Origin: Octopus sinensis
Lineage: Eukaryota
Assembly (NCBI RefSeq): GCF_006345805.1
Contig: NW_021836164.1
Coordinates: 4,220-68,219 of the forward strand
Direction: 5' to 3'
Length of the DNA: 64,000 bases
In this document: positions 51,380 through 64,000 of the stretch, piece by piece
Numbering within the stretch: position 1 is the stretch's first letter
Layout: every line of letters starts with the position of its first letter
Translations under genes and position numbers: made by a program
The notes under the pieces: model-generated
Databases searched by the model: none
What the model was told of the DNA's origin: nothing
What the model saw: the letters and a program-made list of their open reading frames with translations, nothing else

Positions 51380-51714
51380 ATTTTATAATATTTTACTATA
51401 AAATCGATTTAATCCTAAATCTGATTTTTTCCCTGTAAATTTGGATTATTCCCTAATATTTATTATTTATATGTATATATATATATATATATACATATAT
51501 ACATATATATACATACATATATATATATACATATATATATATACATATATACCTATATATACATATATATATTACATATACATATATATACATATATATA
51601 TATATACATAATATATACATATATACATATATATACATTATATACATAATATATATACATATAATACATTATACATATATATATAATTAATATATATACA
51701 TATATATATACATA

Positions 51715-54685
51715 TACTCTTTTACTCTTTTACTGTTTCAGCCATCCGGCTGAGGCCATGCTGGGGCACCGCCCTTGTTGCTACCCTCTCTAAGTCCAGT
51801 TTGCCGTGGCTGGCCACTGATCTAAGAGAGAGTTTGTAGCTGCTGCCCTTAGGTTACCTTCGTACCTTGCAGTGGGTTCATCTGGGATCCCGGAAAGCAG
51901 CTCGTCTAGATGTTTTTTGAAAATGTCCACATCCGCATCATGTAGATCTCTTAGTTTTCTTGGCAGTTTGTTGAACAGCTTGGGGCCCCTGAACCCCAGG
52001 CTATTACAGTATCTGCTCCTTACCCTGGATGTGGAAGACGGGACCTTTGGCACCACACAGTGACGTCCTGTACGGGGATTGGAACAGCTCTCAATTCCAA
52101 AATTTGGTGCTAGTCCCTCCAGGATTTTCCATATGTATATCACTGCATATCTCTCTCGTCTTCGTTCCAAGGAGTACAAATTGAGTTCCCTAAGCCTCTC
52201 CCAATAGTTCTTTTCTTTCATGGTGGAAATCCTCTTGGTGAAATGTCTTTGGATTGTCTCAAGCTCTGTGGTTAGTTTGACACTATGCGGTGACCACAGT
52301 TGGGAGCAGTAGTCCAGGCGGCTTAGGACAAATGTCCTCCATAGTGTCAAAATGGTCTCGCAGTCTCTTGTCCGGAATGTCCTCAGGATCCAGCCAGTGA
52401 GTCGTCTGCACATTGTCGCCACCTTCGCGATGTGTGAAGAAAAAGATGCATCGTCACTCATGTCTATCCCCAGGTCCCGTATTGATTTCGATACTGGGAT
52501 TTCGATCCCTCCTGGACCAGTATAGTTGTGTTGTAATGTATATGTGTTTACAGCTTGATATTGTAAGGCTTAAAATTTACCACCATTAAATTGCATGTTG
52601 TTGTCTTCAGCCCATTTGTATATGGCATCCAGATCTTGTTGTAAAAGGTCAGCATCAGCTGGGTTTTTGATTGCCTGTGCTACCTTTGTGTCATCAGCAT
52701 AGCTAGTGAGGGATGTTGTTTGTGCTACCAAGGGCATGTCAGAGAGCGCCACCAAAAACAGCAAGGGTCCCAAGACTGTGCCCTGTGGCACCCCGCTTGC
52801 TATTGGTGTCTTTCCCGAGAGGGCTCCATTGGCTGCAACCTTCTGACTTCTGTCCTTCAGGAAGTCATGTATCCACTCACCTACTTTTCCTGTTATGCCG
52901 AGTCTGAGTAATTTGTGACATATCACTCCGTGGTCGACTTTGTCAAAGGCCTTCGCAAAGTCGAGATATACCACATCCACCTGTGAGCGATCCAGTAGTT
53001 GTTTCAGTACCCAGTCGTAGTGTTGTAACAGTGCGTAAGGCAGCTTCTTCCGGGCGAAAGCCATGCTGTGTGTCAGTGAGACGGTTAGTTTCTTCGAGGA
53101 ACGTGATCAGTTTTTTTCTGATGATTCGTTCCATGACCTTACTTATGTGTGACGTCAGGGAGACTGGCCTGTAGTTTTTGGCCTCTGCTCTACTCCCTCC
53201 TTTGTGGATAGGGCATATGGTGCCTTCTTTTAGCGCCCTGGGCAGTTTACCGTTAGCCAAGGAACCACTGAAGAGCTTCTTCAGTGGTCCCGCTAGGGCA
53301 TGCCTGCATGTCTTTAGGAGGACTGCTGGGAATCCATCTGGTCCAGCAGCTGAGTTTATTCTCATTTCTTCTATGGCAGATATTACATCCCTCTCTGTTA
53401 TGTCTATGTGGTCGATGGTTGTTGTTTGGTTTTGGAGTGTTGTGGCATCAAAGAAAATTCTGGGTTTGTGATTTGCATGTGCCCCAGAGGGGATGTGAAC
53501 ACACTTTTATACTGTTCCTTTAGTATTTCACTTATCCCTTGGGGGTCCTCAGTTAGAGAGCCCTTTTTATCAAAGAGTGGGCCAATCTTGCAGTGTACCG
53601 AGGTGGTTTCTTTCGCAAATTTAAAGAAGGCTTTAGGTGTTTTAATATTCTCTATGGCCCTGGCTTCTCTCTCTGCCCTCTCCTTCTCATAGGAAAGTTT
53701 GAGTGCAGTTTCCGTTTCAAAAAGTTTCAGGTGGAGTCCCTCATTGTTTCTCTGCCGTGCATTCAGTTGCTTCGAGAGCTTAGCTCTTCGCCTCATAAAT
53801 ATTTTCCTGTCTCTGGGAATAACGTTCCTATGCCCGCTGGCTTTTTTCTCCGGGACAAACTTATGGCATATGTTCTGTATTGTTGTCATGAAATGTTGGA
53901 AATGTGTGTTGGTGTGATGAAGGTACTCCAGTCATGTTTTCGGATCTCTTAGTTGATCTTCTTCCAGTTTGCCTTATGGAAGTTTAGACTGGATAGACCT
54001 GTGGTATTTTCTAATGGCTGCGTCTCAACTAACTCTCTCATACCATATATCATTACCTCTACTAAGTTGTGATCTGAGAGAATTGTTGGTGTTACCATTA
54101 TGTTGTGGATGAGCATCGGGTTGCTTGTGAAACAGAGGTCCAAGACATTCTCACCTCTTGTTGGCCGAAGCACTGCTTGTTCCATGAAAAACTTGCGTGT
54201 GAGAGCCAACAAGGACTCTGTCTGTCTCTGTCAAGTGATGTCATTCCAGGGAGGAGATGGCCATCTGGCCATTTGACTTTCGGAAGGTTAAAATCTCCCA
54301 GCAGTAGAATGGTGTTACCCTGGTCCAGTTTGTCCAGGACTTCTTCTATTCTTCTGAGGCTATCTTCAAACACTCCTTCATGACTAGGGGTGTCTGGTGG
54401 CCGATATGTGACACATATTACTATTTTCGGTTGTTTCATGTGTACTATCAGTGTGTCACAGACTGAGTTTGAGTGTGTCAACAGTACTATGGGTGTGACA
54501 TCTTCACGGACGTACAGGGCAACCCCACTATGAGTTCTTTCCTTCCTGTCTGACCGAAAAACAGTATACTTTGGTATGTGTATTTCTGCATCTGCTAACT
54601 GCTTGACAGGTGCGTTTCAGTCAGCGCTATGCATATTGCATGGTTGCTTGTGCTTAAGTCCCTAAGGTAAGGAATTTTACTCATA
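51715..54685 (-). mobile_element. CR1/L2-group LINE, third subfamily, 5'-truncated at the start of ORF2
   Basis: IALTETHL, LGDFNLP, LDLCFT, YRPVSLTSHISKVMERI, DFAKAFDKVDHG, YADD and YSLERRRERY; 3' tail GGCGGTGCCCCAGCATGGCCTCAGCCGGATGGCTGAAAC. Confidence 0.95.
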
Positions 54686-54689
54686 TTTT

Positions 54690-54799
54690 ACTCATATATA
54701 TATATATATACATATATATATACATACATATACATATATACATATATATATACATATATACATATATATATACATATATATATATATATACATACATAT

Positions 54800-54830
<31 letters not shown>

Positions 54831-55228
54831 CATATATACATATATATATACATATATATATATACATACATATATATATATATATATACATATATATATA
54901 CATCTCGGAAAGTTGAATAATGATTGGAAATTCTCTGGGACAATCTAGAAGTAGTCGCCTTCGGAGTTAAGAATATGCAGTCTTCGAAACATATGTCGAG
55001 AGTAAAGGAATTTTGTTAAAATCGTCGTTCGACTCCATTCTTTCATTTACTTATAGTTAAAAAAAAATACACAAATTTCCACACGAGAACACGGGATTTC
55101 TGCCCTTGGCATGTAGCTTCAACCGTGTTTTCTGACGTGAATTTGCTACCCGGGTATCGGTTAACCGAATTATCCATACTAGGATAATTCATTCACCTAC
55201 TTATATATATATATACATATATATATAC

Positions 55229-55259
<31 letters not shown>

Positions 55260-55395
55260 CATATATATATACATATATATATATGCATATATATATACAC
55301 ACATATATATATATACATATATATATATATGCATATATATATATACACACATATATATATGCATATATATATATATACACACACATATATATACA
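54690..55395. repeat. (TA)n fields around a 300-bp unique insert with a hammerhead-like remnant
   Basis: TA arrays at 54690-54900 and 55200-55395. CTTC-GAAACATATGTC-GAGAG near 54982-55002 has a palindromic stem III but no intact CUGANGA. Confidence 0.6.
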
Positions 55396-55404
55396 TTTTA
55401 TTTT

Positions 55405-56222
55405 CTCTAGTTTCAGCTCAGAGCTGATGCACCGCCGTTTTGTGCTACACTGTTATTACGAAGAACCTCGTCTAATATGTGGCACTTGGTGAAGAATGGA
55501 GTTTGATATAGCTACTCTCATTTGCACCTCTTGCCGTGAGGTAGGTTCATCTGGGACTCTTGACAGGAAGATGTCCAGCTTTGATTTAAAAACCGCTACA
55601 TCTACTTTGTGCAAGTTCCTCAAACTCTTTGGGAGAATATTAAAAAGCTGTGGGCCCTTGAAACTCAGGCTGTTGCAGAAGCTGGTCCTGAAGCGTGATG
55701 GTATTGCTGGGATCTTTGGCACTATGCAGTGTTGTCCCGTTCTAGCATTGGTGTAGCTTACAATGCCAAAATTCCTTCCAGGATCTTCCAGACATATATT
55801 ACTGCATACCTCTCCCGTCTTCTCTCCAGGGAGTAGAGTCTTAGCTGTTTCAACCTTTCCCAGTAGCTGAGCTGTTGCAAAGAGACGATATTCTTTGTGA
55901 ATCTTCTCTGGATTGCTTCAAGGTCCGCTGTTAATTTTACACTGGTGGGTGACCATAGCTGTGAGCAGTAATCCAGGCGGCTGAGGACGAATGTCCGCCA
56001 GAGGACCATCATGGTTTCCTTATCTCTGGTTCTGAATGTTCTTAGGATCCACCCAGTCAGTCGTCTGCACTTTGTCGCCATCCTGGTAATGTGCACTTGG
56101 AAAGAGGTATCATCACTCATGTCGATACCCAGGTCCCTCACAGAATTAGGGTCTGGGATTGAAATTCCCTGTGGACCGGTGTATCCTGTAAGTTTAATAT
56201 TCAGTTTTGGATGCTGGTAGCA
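55405..56222 (-). mobile_element. CR1/L2-group LINE 3' fragment
   Basis: RDLGIDMSDD..CRRLTGWILRTFRTRD..DYCSQLWSP..YSLERRRERY..NSLSFKGPQLFNILP, plus a 3' stem-loop tail. Confidence 0.93.
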
Positions 56223-56258
56223 TATATATTTACGTATACACACACACACACCACACAC

Positions 56259-56289
<31 letters not shown>

Positions 56290-56339
56290 TTATATATAGT
56301 ATATATATATAATATATATATATATGAGGATTATTTCAT

Positions 56340-57135
56340 CTTGACAGATGACTGCCGTCCCCCAGTACATACACAACGTCACACCCCATCGCACAGCACA
56401 ATCCTTCGGATGACTTTTAAGACCAGCTGCTGCCTGACAGGGTTTAAAACACAAGTGATTGATAATATTCAAGGCTCTTCTACATCTTTGCCCTTTGGAA
56501 GTTGATTCTGAAGGAATGGCTTTGAACTAGCAGATGTCTTTTAAGTCCAGATATTTCCTTACTCATTTTTGTGACATATGCCACTAGTGGTGAGAGGTGG
56601 TTGGTGTTCAAGATTATCACCTACCTGGGCTTTTCGACTTTCATGTGACTTCACATGATACACGTATTCTGCTTTTGACAGCAGAACTCGATCACACATA
56701 ATACATATCCAGTATTCATTGTTGATTTCCAATTGTTCCTTTGCAAAAATGCTGAATCGTCTTTTCCTCTCAGGCTTTGCAACCAGTCCTGACATCACCT
56801 CTTCACGTGTTCCAATCCAGAATCATCAGTTTCCCAATCACCTGTTCATATTTAGTTTCTTCAGGTTTTTCTTCACACAGGTTTTCCTTCTAGTTTCTTC
56901 AGATTCTCCTCGGCTTAGATAGTGATCGCTTATCAGAGTTGAGCTCACCTTACTAACAACATGCTCAGCCCGTCCCATTTGAGCCAAGGTAACATGTTGT
57001 TCAATTAAGCCATGCGCAAAACTTCTGTATCTGGTATGAAACATTCCCATATGACTCCCAAGATACGTCTGAGGCACTTTTGATGAAATCTCTTCAACAT
57101 TTTCATATGACGCCTGTAAGTGGTCCATGTCTCAC
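56340..57135 (-). mobile_element. RTE-clade LINE 3' fragment
   Basis: WTTYRRHMKMLKRFHQKCLRRILG and a C-terminal CIMCDRVLLSKAEYVYHVKSH zinc-finger-like motif. Confidence 0.78.
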
Positions 57136-57324
57136 TCCAATCAAAAATGTTCAGTCAATACACGTGTTTTATAGACACTAATTGTTTGACACTGGATATT
57201 CTAGTCATCCAAATCCCTAAAAAGTTAAGAAAGCAGCGGATGGAATGTCCTTAATCGTAAGTATAGGACAAAATAACTTGTTGTTCAAGAATGTGTTGTA
57301 CTTAATTAACAAAAGGTGGAGAAC

Positions 57325-57725
57325 TGACAGAATCGTTAACGCATCGGTCAGAAGGCTTACCGACATCTCCTCTGGTGCTTTTCGCTTTGAGTTCAAATCC
57401 CGCCGAGGTCGACTTTGCCTTTCATCCTTTCGGGGTCGATAAATTAAGTACCAGTCAAATATTGGGGTCGATGTAATCGATTGGCCCCCTCTCCCAAAAT
57501 TTCGGGCCTTGTGCATAGAGTAGAAAAAAATTCAATAATGCAGCTATCAAAATGCCTGGCGACATTTCTTCCGGCTCTTTATGTCCTGAGTTCAAATCCC
57601 GTCGAGGTTCACTTTGCTTTTCATCATTTTTAGGTCGATAAACTAATGTACTGTTAAAGTAATCGGGAAGATGTCATCTGCTTGCTCCTCCTCTACAAAT
57701 TGTTGGACTTTCACCAAAATAAGAA
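57325..57725 (+). mobile_element. Two tandem tRNA-derived SINEs (family B)
   Basis: GAGTTCAAATCCCG.CGAGGT..ACTTTGC.TTTCATC occurs at about 57390 and about 57588. Confidence 0.8.
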
Positions 57726-58399
57726 GGAATTATTATAACTACTACTACGACTACTACTACTACTACCACCACCACTATTAGTAATAAGTGGAGGCGGTGG
57801 TGCAACGCTATTATTAGTGACTGTTGCTACCACTGTTCATGATATTGTTGTTGCTGTTGTAGAATATAGCCGATGTTTTAGTCCATTACTGAAACTGTCA
57901 ACGACTCCTTATTTAATTTCCCATTATAGCCATCACTTAATGAAAACACATCCTCCACACATCCTCGTAGTTGTGTTTTTGTAGACACACACACACACAC
58001 ACTGCATTATACATGTATACACGCACAGACACACATAGACACACGCACGCACACTCACATTTATATATACATATATGGGTATTATACGTACGTATATTTG
58101 ATACATACATATAAAGATATACTTGTATGTGTTATTGTATGTTTTGTGTGTGTGTATATATATATATATATATGTATGCATGTATGTATGTATGTATATG
58201 TCTGGTGGGGGCTGTATGTATGCATGTATGTATATATTCATAGGTACACGAATATATAATATATATATATTTACACACATATGTAAAATATATTATATGT
58301 AACATATGATGCGTATGTTTCTCTCTCACTCACTCTCTCTTTCTTTCTCTCTCTCTCTCTCTCTCTCTCTTATATATATATATATATATATATATAATA

Positions 58400-58444
<45 letters not shown>

Positions 58445-59118
58445 CACACACACACATATATATTTGCATATATATATAATATATATGCAAATATATATAT
58501 ATATATATAGTATATATTATATATATATACACATATATATACAAGCACAAAAGTACACAAAGTTACGTACACGCACACGTGTGTGTGTGTTTTGTGTGTG
58601 TGTGTGTGTGTGTGTACACATTTACGCACTCATAAATAAACAACACTGGACGAATTCATTAAACCAAAAAGAATACGAGACAGACTTGAAGAAAAAACAG
58701 GGCTTGTATAAGAAAGAAAGGAAACAATATCACCATAAATAACAATACTGCAGAAACATACCAGAAAAACTAAGTAGCTATTAAGAATTACATTACGTTT
58801 TATAATGAAAACTTGCGTACAAATATAACAAAGAATAATAAGTTCACTAATGAAAAAGAAAGCGTAAAAAACACGTTAGTCGTGAAAATATTCCTAAATT
58901 TTCGAGCAGACAGTTTTAATCAAACTGTCAAAAGTGCAGTAACTTGTTATTATTAAAATATTCCACCCACTTGTAGCTAAAGTAACGTTACTCCGAACGG
59001 AATTAAGCCGAAAGGAACCTCATGGTCATTTCCGTATTTCTGGGTTTGCGTCTATAACATTGTGCATCTTGATTATTAGGTAGGTTTCTAAGCGTGTCTA
59101 ATTGTGATTACACATTGT

Positions 59119-59320
59119 GGAGGCGCAATGGCCCAGTGGTTAGGGACTCGCGGTCTTAGGATCGCGGTTTCGATTCCTAGACCGGGCGTTGTGAGTGTTT
59201 ATTGAGCGAAAACACCTAAAGCTCCACGTTCTTGTATCTCGTTTGCAAGATTCTTTATGTGAATTCGGGTGTTGAAGCATATTTTGTTGTGCCTGGGGAG
59301 AGTCATACTGTCTTAATGCC
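59119..59320 (+). mobile_element. tRNA-derived SINE (third head type)
   Basis: GGAGGCGCAATGGCCCAGTGGTTAGGG (A-box-like) and GGTTTCGATTCC (B-box-like). Confidence 0.7.
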
Positions 59321-59647
59321 TTATTATCTAACACAATCACCAGTTCAATTTTCCTTCATTTACTATTTATATTTTTGTTTTCAAATTTGTCAACGGATTT
59401 TGCAACCTTGTCAACGGATTTTCGGATTTTGACTCTCAACTTCCATTAACAAGGTTGAAAACAATGAAAATTGTGGAAAAAATATACAAATAAAAATGAA
59501 TGGAAATAGATCCGGTGAGTGTGTTTATATATATATATATATATATTGATAGAAATGGTAAGACAACAAAATAATGAAAGAGACTTCGATATTATGTAAA
59601 TAGAGGAATTTATTTGTAAATGTAATGTGTGAAAAATCCTATGGCCG

Positions 59648-59708
59648 GATAACTGAAGAGATGGCGACGTGGATTTCCACCCCGACATCCGAAACTCGGA
59701 GTTTTATC
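59648..59708 (+). ncRNA. Type I hammerhead ribozyme, same family as 26201-26263
   Basis: GAUAA-CUGAAGA-GAUG-gCG-ac-GUGG-auuu-CCAC-cc-CGa-CAUC-C-GAAACUC-G-GAG-UU-UUAUC. Confidence 0.75.
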
Positions 59709-60870
59709 TACCGAATAATTGTCACATATTACACTTACAGATATATATGTGTGTGTGTCTGTGTGTGTGTGTGTGGAGTGAGATGTATACATATAATTTT
59801 TTAGACACACACACACACGCACACACAATGAATTCTAAGCTGGGAAATATGTTCATGTGTTGTGTACTGAAGGCTATTTCACTGTTTTCTATAAAACAAA
59901 ATGACTGCAGCTTGCAGGCACACTCAATACTTTCACATACACCCACAATTACACACACACACACACATGCTCACAATTACGTACCCTTACACACATGCAT
60001 ACTCACACACCCACGTATATATGCTAAATTTTCTTCTATGTATGTGAGGGTGTAAGGGTGTATTTGTGGGTGTATGTACGTGTAGTACATATTTCTTTCT
60101 GCAAGTGTTTTACATTACAATGTACAATGCTTTAGATATTAGTCAATGCAATACGCAGATGAGACAACAATAGATCTTGACTGAAATAATAATAATACAC
60201 TCATAGAGCAGGCATTGTATTTGTTGAAACACCATAAACAAACATAGGAACTGACTAAAGAACTAAATATAATGAACTGAGGAACCGTTGTCTGGTGATG
60301 CAGTACATACAGCATATACAAGGTATGTCTAAGTGTATGCGACGGCGATACGAGCATGTTTGTTTCGAAATAGGTTGTGTGAGAGTTTATCAACATCGAA
60401 TAAAGATGTAAGCTGTTAGATAGACACACAGACAGACAGACATTCATTTATAATGCTATGACTCTCATAAAGCTTGTCTCGTTTCCTTTACTGGAGAATT
60501 TTTGAGAGAATAAAGGAAATGACTTTTGCAACGTTGAGGCATTAACATCTGCACTCGTTTTGGTGAGGTATTTGCACGGGTATCGTAGAAGGGGTGGAAT
60601 GTGTGATACAGTATGGACGAAAATACGAATGAAACAAGATTTGACTTGAAAATGGTTTGTTTTTCCTATTTTTTAATATATATCACTGTACATCTAGGAC
60701 CTGGCTACGATGTTTTAAAGTGTATTTGTCACTCGTAATCATAACAGATATATATAACTAACATACATACATAGAAATACACGCACATACACACACACAC
60801 GTATATATACATACATATATATACTTACCTAGAAAAATATACTTATAGACATATGTGTGTATATGCATTA

Positions 60871-61281
60871 TACAGAGTGGAATAAGAAAAAGTAGCCCCG
60901 GTTCCGTAGTTTAGTGTTAATATAGAAATAAAGGGACACGCCATCATAGAAGATTTTGAAAACGGTTAAACTTTAGACTTTCAACACCCGTTGGCATGAC
61001 CTCCGGCTTATATCAGATTACTGCGCCAACTTATGTGTTGACTTTGGATCTTAAGTAATCCTTTGGTGAATGCCCTGAATAACCTCCAGCGTTTGAACTG
61101 TGCGGTCTGTTTGCTTTGGGGCGTGAGCACTAACACAGTATCACGCCACTTCTTAGCCAACACATGTATCGTTCTCTTTACACAGAAACCTAAATTCAAA
61201 ACTTTCACTCCTTTGCTTAACAGAACCTGTTCTCGTATACACTTCCACAATCTCCACTCTCTCCACTCCTGAGTATGTCAT
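60871..61281 (-). mobile_element. Second DD41D-type mariner relic (transposase N-terminus, internally deleted)
   Basis: ATG at 61281: MTYSGVERVEIVEVYTRTGSVKQR...RTVQTLEVIQGIHQRIT*DPKSTHKLAQ*SDISRRSCQRVLK, homologous to the HTH region at 36336-36000; TACAGAGTG end at 60871. Confidence 0.68.
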
Positions 61282-62019
61282 CTTGCAGAGAAGGCTGAAG
61301 AGGTTCACTCAATGCAATCTTACAATCGACTGATGCAGTCAGGATGCAGTGAAGAGAAGAAAGCAAACAGTCGACTAGTGCGCCATCTTTGTTCAGCAGT
61401 TACAAACAGTCGAAGTAACACAATTACACACATACATGCATACACACATAAACATACAGACACACACACAAACACTCAAACAGTACAATTCGGAACCATG
61501 TGGTTGAGAATCAAGCTTATTACCTCATAGCAACTCCTGCACCCATATATATGTGTGTGTGTGTAAACACACACAAATAAAGATTACAAAGCTCATTCAG
61601 GAATGGCATAATCCTATGAAAGTACTTGGTCAGTTACCTGTATAAAGAATATTACAGTTAATTCTCACCTACAAAGTAACTCTATAAACCGTGGTTTGTA
61701 TATATTTATTTATTGTAATGAGAAAATAGAGAGGTAATTAATAAATTATTATTTATTAATTAAACAATAGACAAACATCCCTTACAGTTATTTCAATTCC
61801 AGAGCTTCAGAAAATTAATTAAATTAAAAATTATTTGAAAGCTGAATTTCTTCGGAGATAGTTTAAGATATAACAAAATACGTGTTCAATTCTTTCATGT
61901 TGAGTAAACGGCTGCAAACCGTTATGGTCTGGAATTGAAACAGCTGTAAGGAATGTTTGTCAAATTTTTTAATTAATAAATAATTTATTGATAATCTCTC
62001 TATTTTCTCATCTTATTAT

Positions 62020-62090
62020 ATATATAATAGATATTATAAATATATATATATATATAGATATAATATATATATATATATATATATAATTAT

Positions 62091-62123
<33 letters not shown>

Positions 62124-62139
62124 CTAATCATATATATAA

Positions 62140-62193
<54 letters not shown>

Positions 62194-62348
62194 AAATATA
62201 TGTATATTATAAATATATATATATATAATATAAATATATATATATATATATATAAATATATATATATATTATTATATAAATATATATATATATATATAAA
62301 TATATATATATATAATATAAATATATATATATATATATAATATTATAT

Positions 62349-62397
<49 letters not shown>

Positions 62398-62455
62398 TAT
62401 ATATATATGATATATATATATATATAATATAAATATATATATATATATATATAAA
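62020..62455. repeat. (TA)n/(TAA) microsatellite field
   Basis: Directly visible. Confidence 0.95.
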
Positions 62456-62564
62456 TCGAAATATAGTTCTATTAAACAGCATGGATTCGAGGCCACCTGA
62501 TTGATTCACATGCTTATGTGCAACAGCATGACTGTTACGTTCCTGCCTTCCTTTTGTAGTCTCA

Positions 62565-62730
62565 GGCATAGCTGTATAGTTAGAAGTTTATTTCTCAAAC
62601 ATATGGCACCGAGTTCATTCCCACTGAACGGTACCTTGAACAAATGCCTTCTGCTATAGCCCAAGCCAACCAGTCTCTTGTGAGTTGATTCGGTTGACGA
62701 AAGCTAAAAAGAAAGTCACAATACTTACAT
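62565..62730 (+). mobile_element. tRNA-derived SINE (family A) head and core, decayed
   Basis: GAGTTCATTCCCACTG..GGTACCTTGAACAAATG.CTTCTGCTATAGCC. Confidence 0.65.
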
Positions 62731-62758
62731 ATGTGTGTGTTCATATATAGTTCGTTAT

Positions 62759-62804
<46 letters not shown>

Positions 62805-63047
62805 GATAGGAAGAGTTTTGGAGTTTTCATCGGGATGACTCAAACTGAAAGGTATGAGTTCTGTATGCAAACTGGTGTGTCACTAAAATTCCAGTTTGAA
62901 CAGCAGTTGAAGTTGTATGTGACTGTAAAAGCGGCTGGAAATAGCTTCCCCTTGAATCCGTAGATACGCGTTAGAGTAGTGAAGAATAGGATTTAATTTA
63001 ATTTAATCTATCCCTGATAAAGAATTTTCTTCCGCTATTTATCCTAT

Positions 63048-63139
63048 GTCTCTCCGATGACGGTATACTCACCTTATGGAGTCTTCCCTCAATACTATGT
63101 TCCAATAGCTGGGATATCCCAGAAACAGCTGTCAGAGAC
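63048..63139 (+). ncRNA. Hammerhead ribozyme motif (A-stem II-A family, long stem II insert) inside an inverted repeat
   Basis: GUCUCU-CCGAUGA-C-GGUAUA...UAUCCC-A-GAAAC-AGCU-GUC-AGAGAC, with a 6-bp stem I and a U4-to-C core change. Flanks 62969-63010 and 63158-63230 are imperfect inverted copies. Confidence 0.68.
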
Positions 63140-63894
63140 TTTCTTTCCATTCGTTATGTAGCTAAATTAAATTAAATTAAAGTATATTAAATTAAATGTG
63201 CTTAATTTACCTTTCCTCACTATTTTAACGTGTGTGTGCGCGCGCGGACATGTGTGTGCTTCCGCATGTCTTTCTACTGCTTAAAAACCGGAGTTGGCTA
63301 GTTTGTATACGATTCTGTAGCCTAGCGGATAGGCCATAGAGACCGATACCAGCAAACCTTCAAGAGAATGATTACCGGCGTTGATTTGTTCGGCTAAAAT
63401 CCTTCAAGGCAGTGCTGAAGTATGGCCAAAATCCACAGACTGAAACAAATAAAGGACAAAAGAATATTAGACTTTTGGTGTACCATAGTTTTCAAACACA
63501 TGATATATGCGCGTTGATTAGTTTCCGACGTGCAGTAGAAGGTAGCTACAATTTATGAAGCCGGTTGCATTTCCTGTAAAATCCAACAGCAGATGATTTG
63601 GAAGCCAGTTGCACTTGTTACAGAAATGACTAAACTTGTTTTCAGAGCCAAGTGTACTTGTTTTCTTCCTTTTTTCAAATCATTCCCGTAAAACAAAGAT
63701 TCCATTCCTCGTAGAGCATTATCCAGTTTGTACATGTTCACCAAATACAAATATTTTTCTAAGTTCTGAGTACATGAATTTGGTAAAAAGCATTGATATC
63801 AAAATATTATTACAAATAACATGAAAACAAGCAAAGAAAAGCACGGTTTGACCCTGAATTACAGACTTGCCTTATAAATGTATGCAGTGTGCGT

Positions 63895-64000
63895 GAGTTC
63901 GTGGCTGAGTGGTTAGGGTGCAGTACTCATGCTTGTAAGATTGTGGTTTCAGTTCCCATGCCGTGTGATGCGTTGTGTTCCTGAACAAAAACCTCCATTT
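63895..64000 (+). mobile_element. tRNA-derived SINE head, cut by the window end
   Basis: TGGCTGAGTGGTTAG (A-box-like) and GGTTTCAGTTCC (B-box-like). Confidence 0.55.

Overview
This is repeat-saturated, AT-rich eukaryotic DNA, most likely from a coleoid cephalopod such as Octopus. That is an inference from the SINE families and the density of (TA)n/(CA)n microsatellites. I found no host exon I can support, and almost all long ORFs in the ORF track are microsatellite read-through. The window holds at least five CR1/L2-group APE-type LINE copies, four of them packed into 42.4-56.2 kb. It also holds RTE, Tx1-like, Dong/R4-like and HERO-like non-LTR fragments, a Penelope-like (YRDD-type) RT remnant, two DD41D Tc1/mariner relics, a Chapaev3-like transposase fragment, a probable Helentron-type element and about 15 tRNA-SINE pieces. 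The least expected layer, invisible in the ORF track, is about 13 type I hammerhead-ribozyme (HHR) motifs from several unrelated sequence families. Most have a self-complementary stem III, and several sit inside fold-back inverted repeats, including a 290-bp palindrome with one hammerhead on each strand. Two LINE ORF1s carry CCCH zinc fingers, and one also has a Myb/SANT-trihelix-like segment. LINEs and SINEs share a co-varying 3' terminal stem-loop. All calls were made by eye; no searches or folding programs were run.
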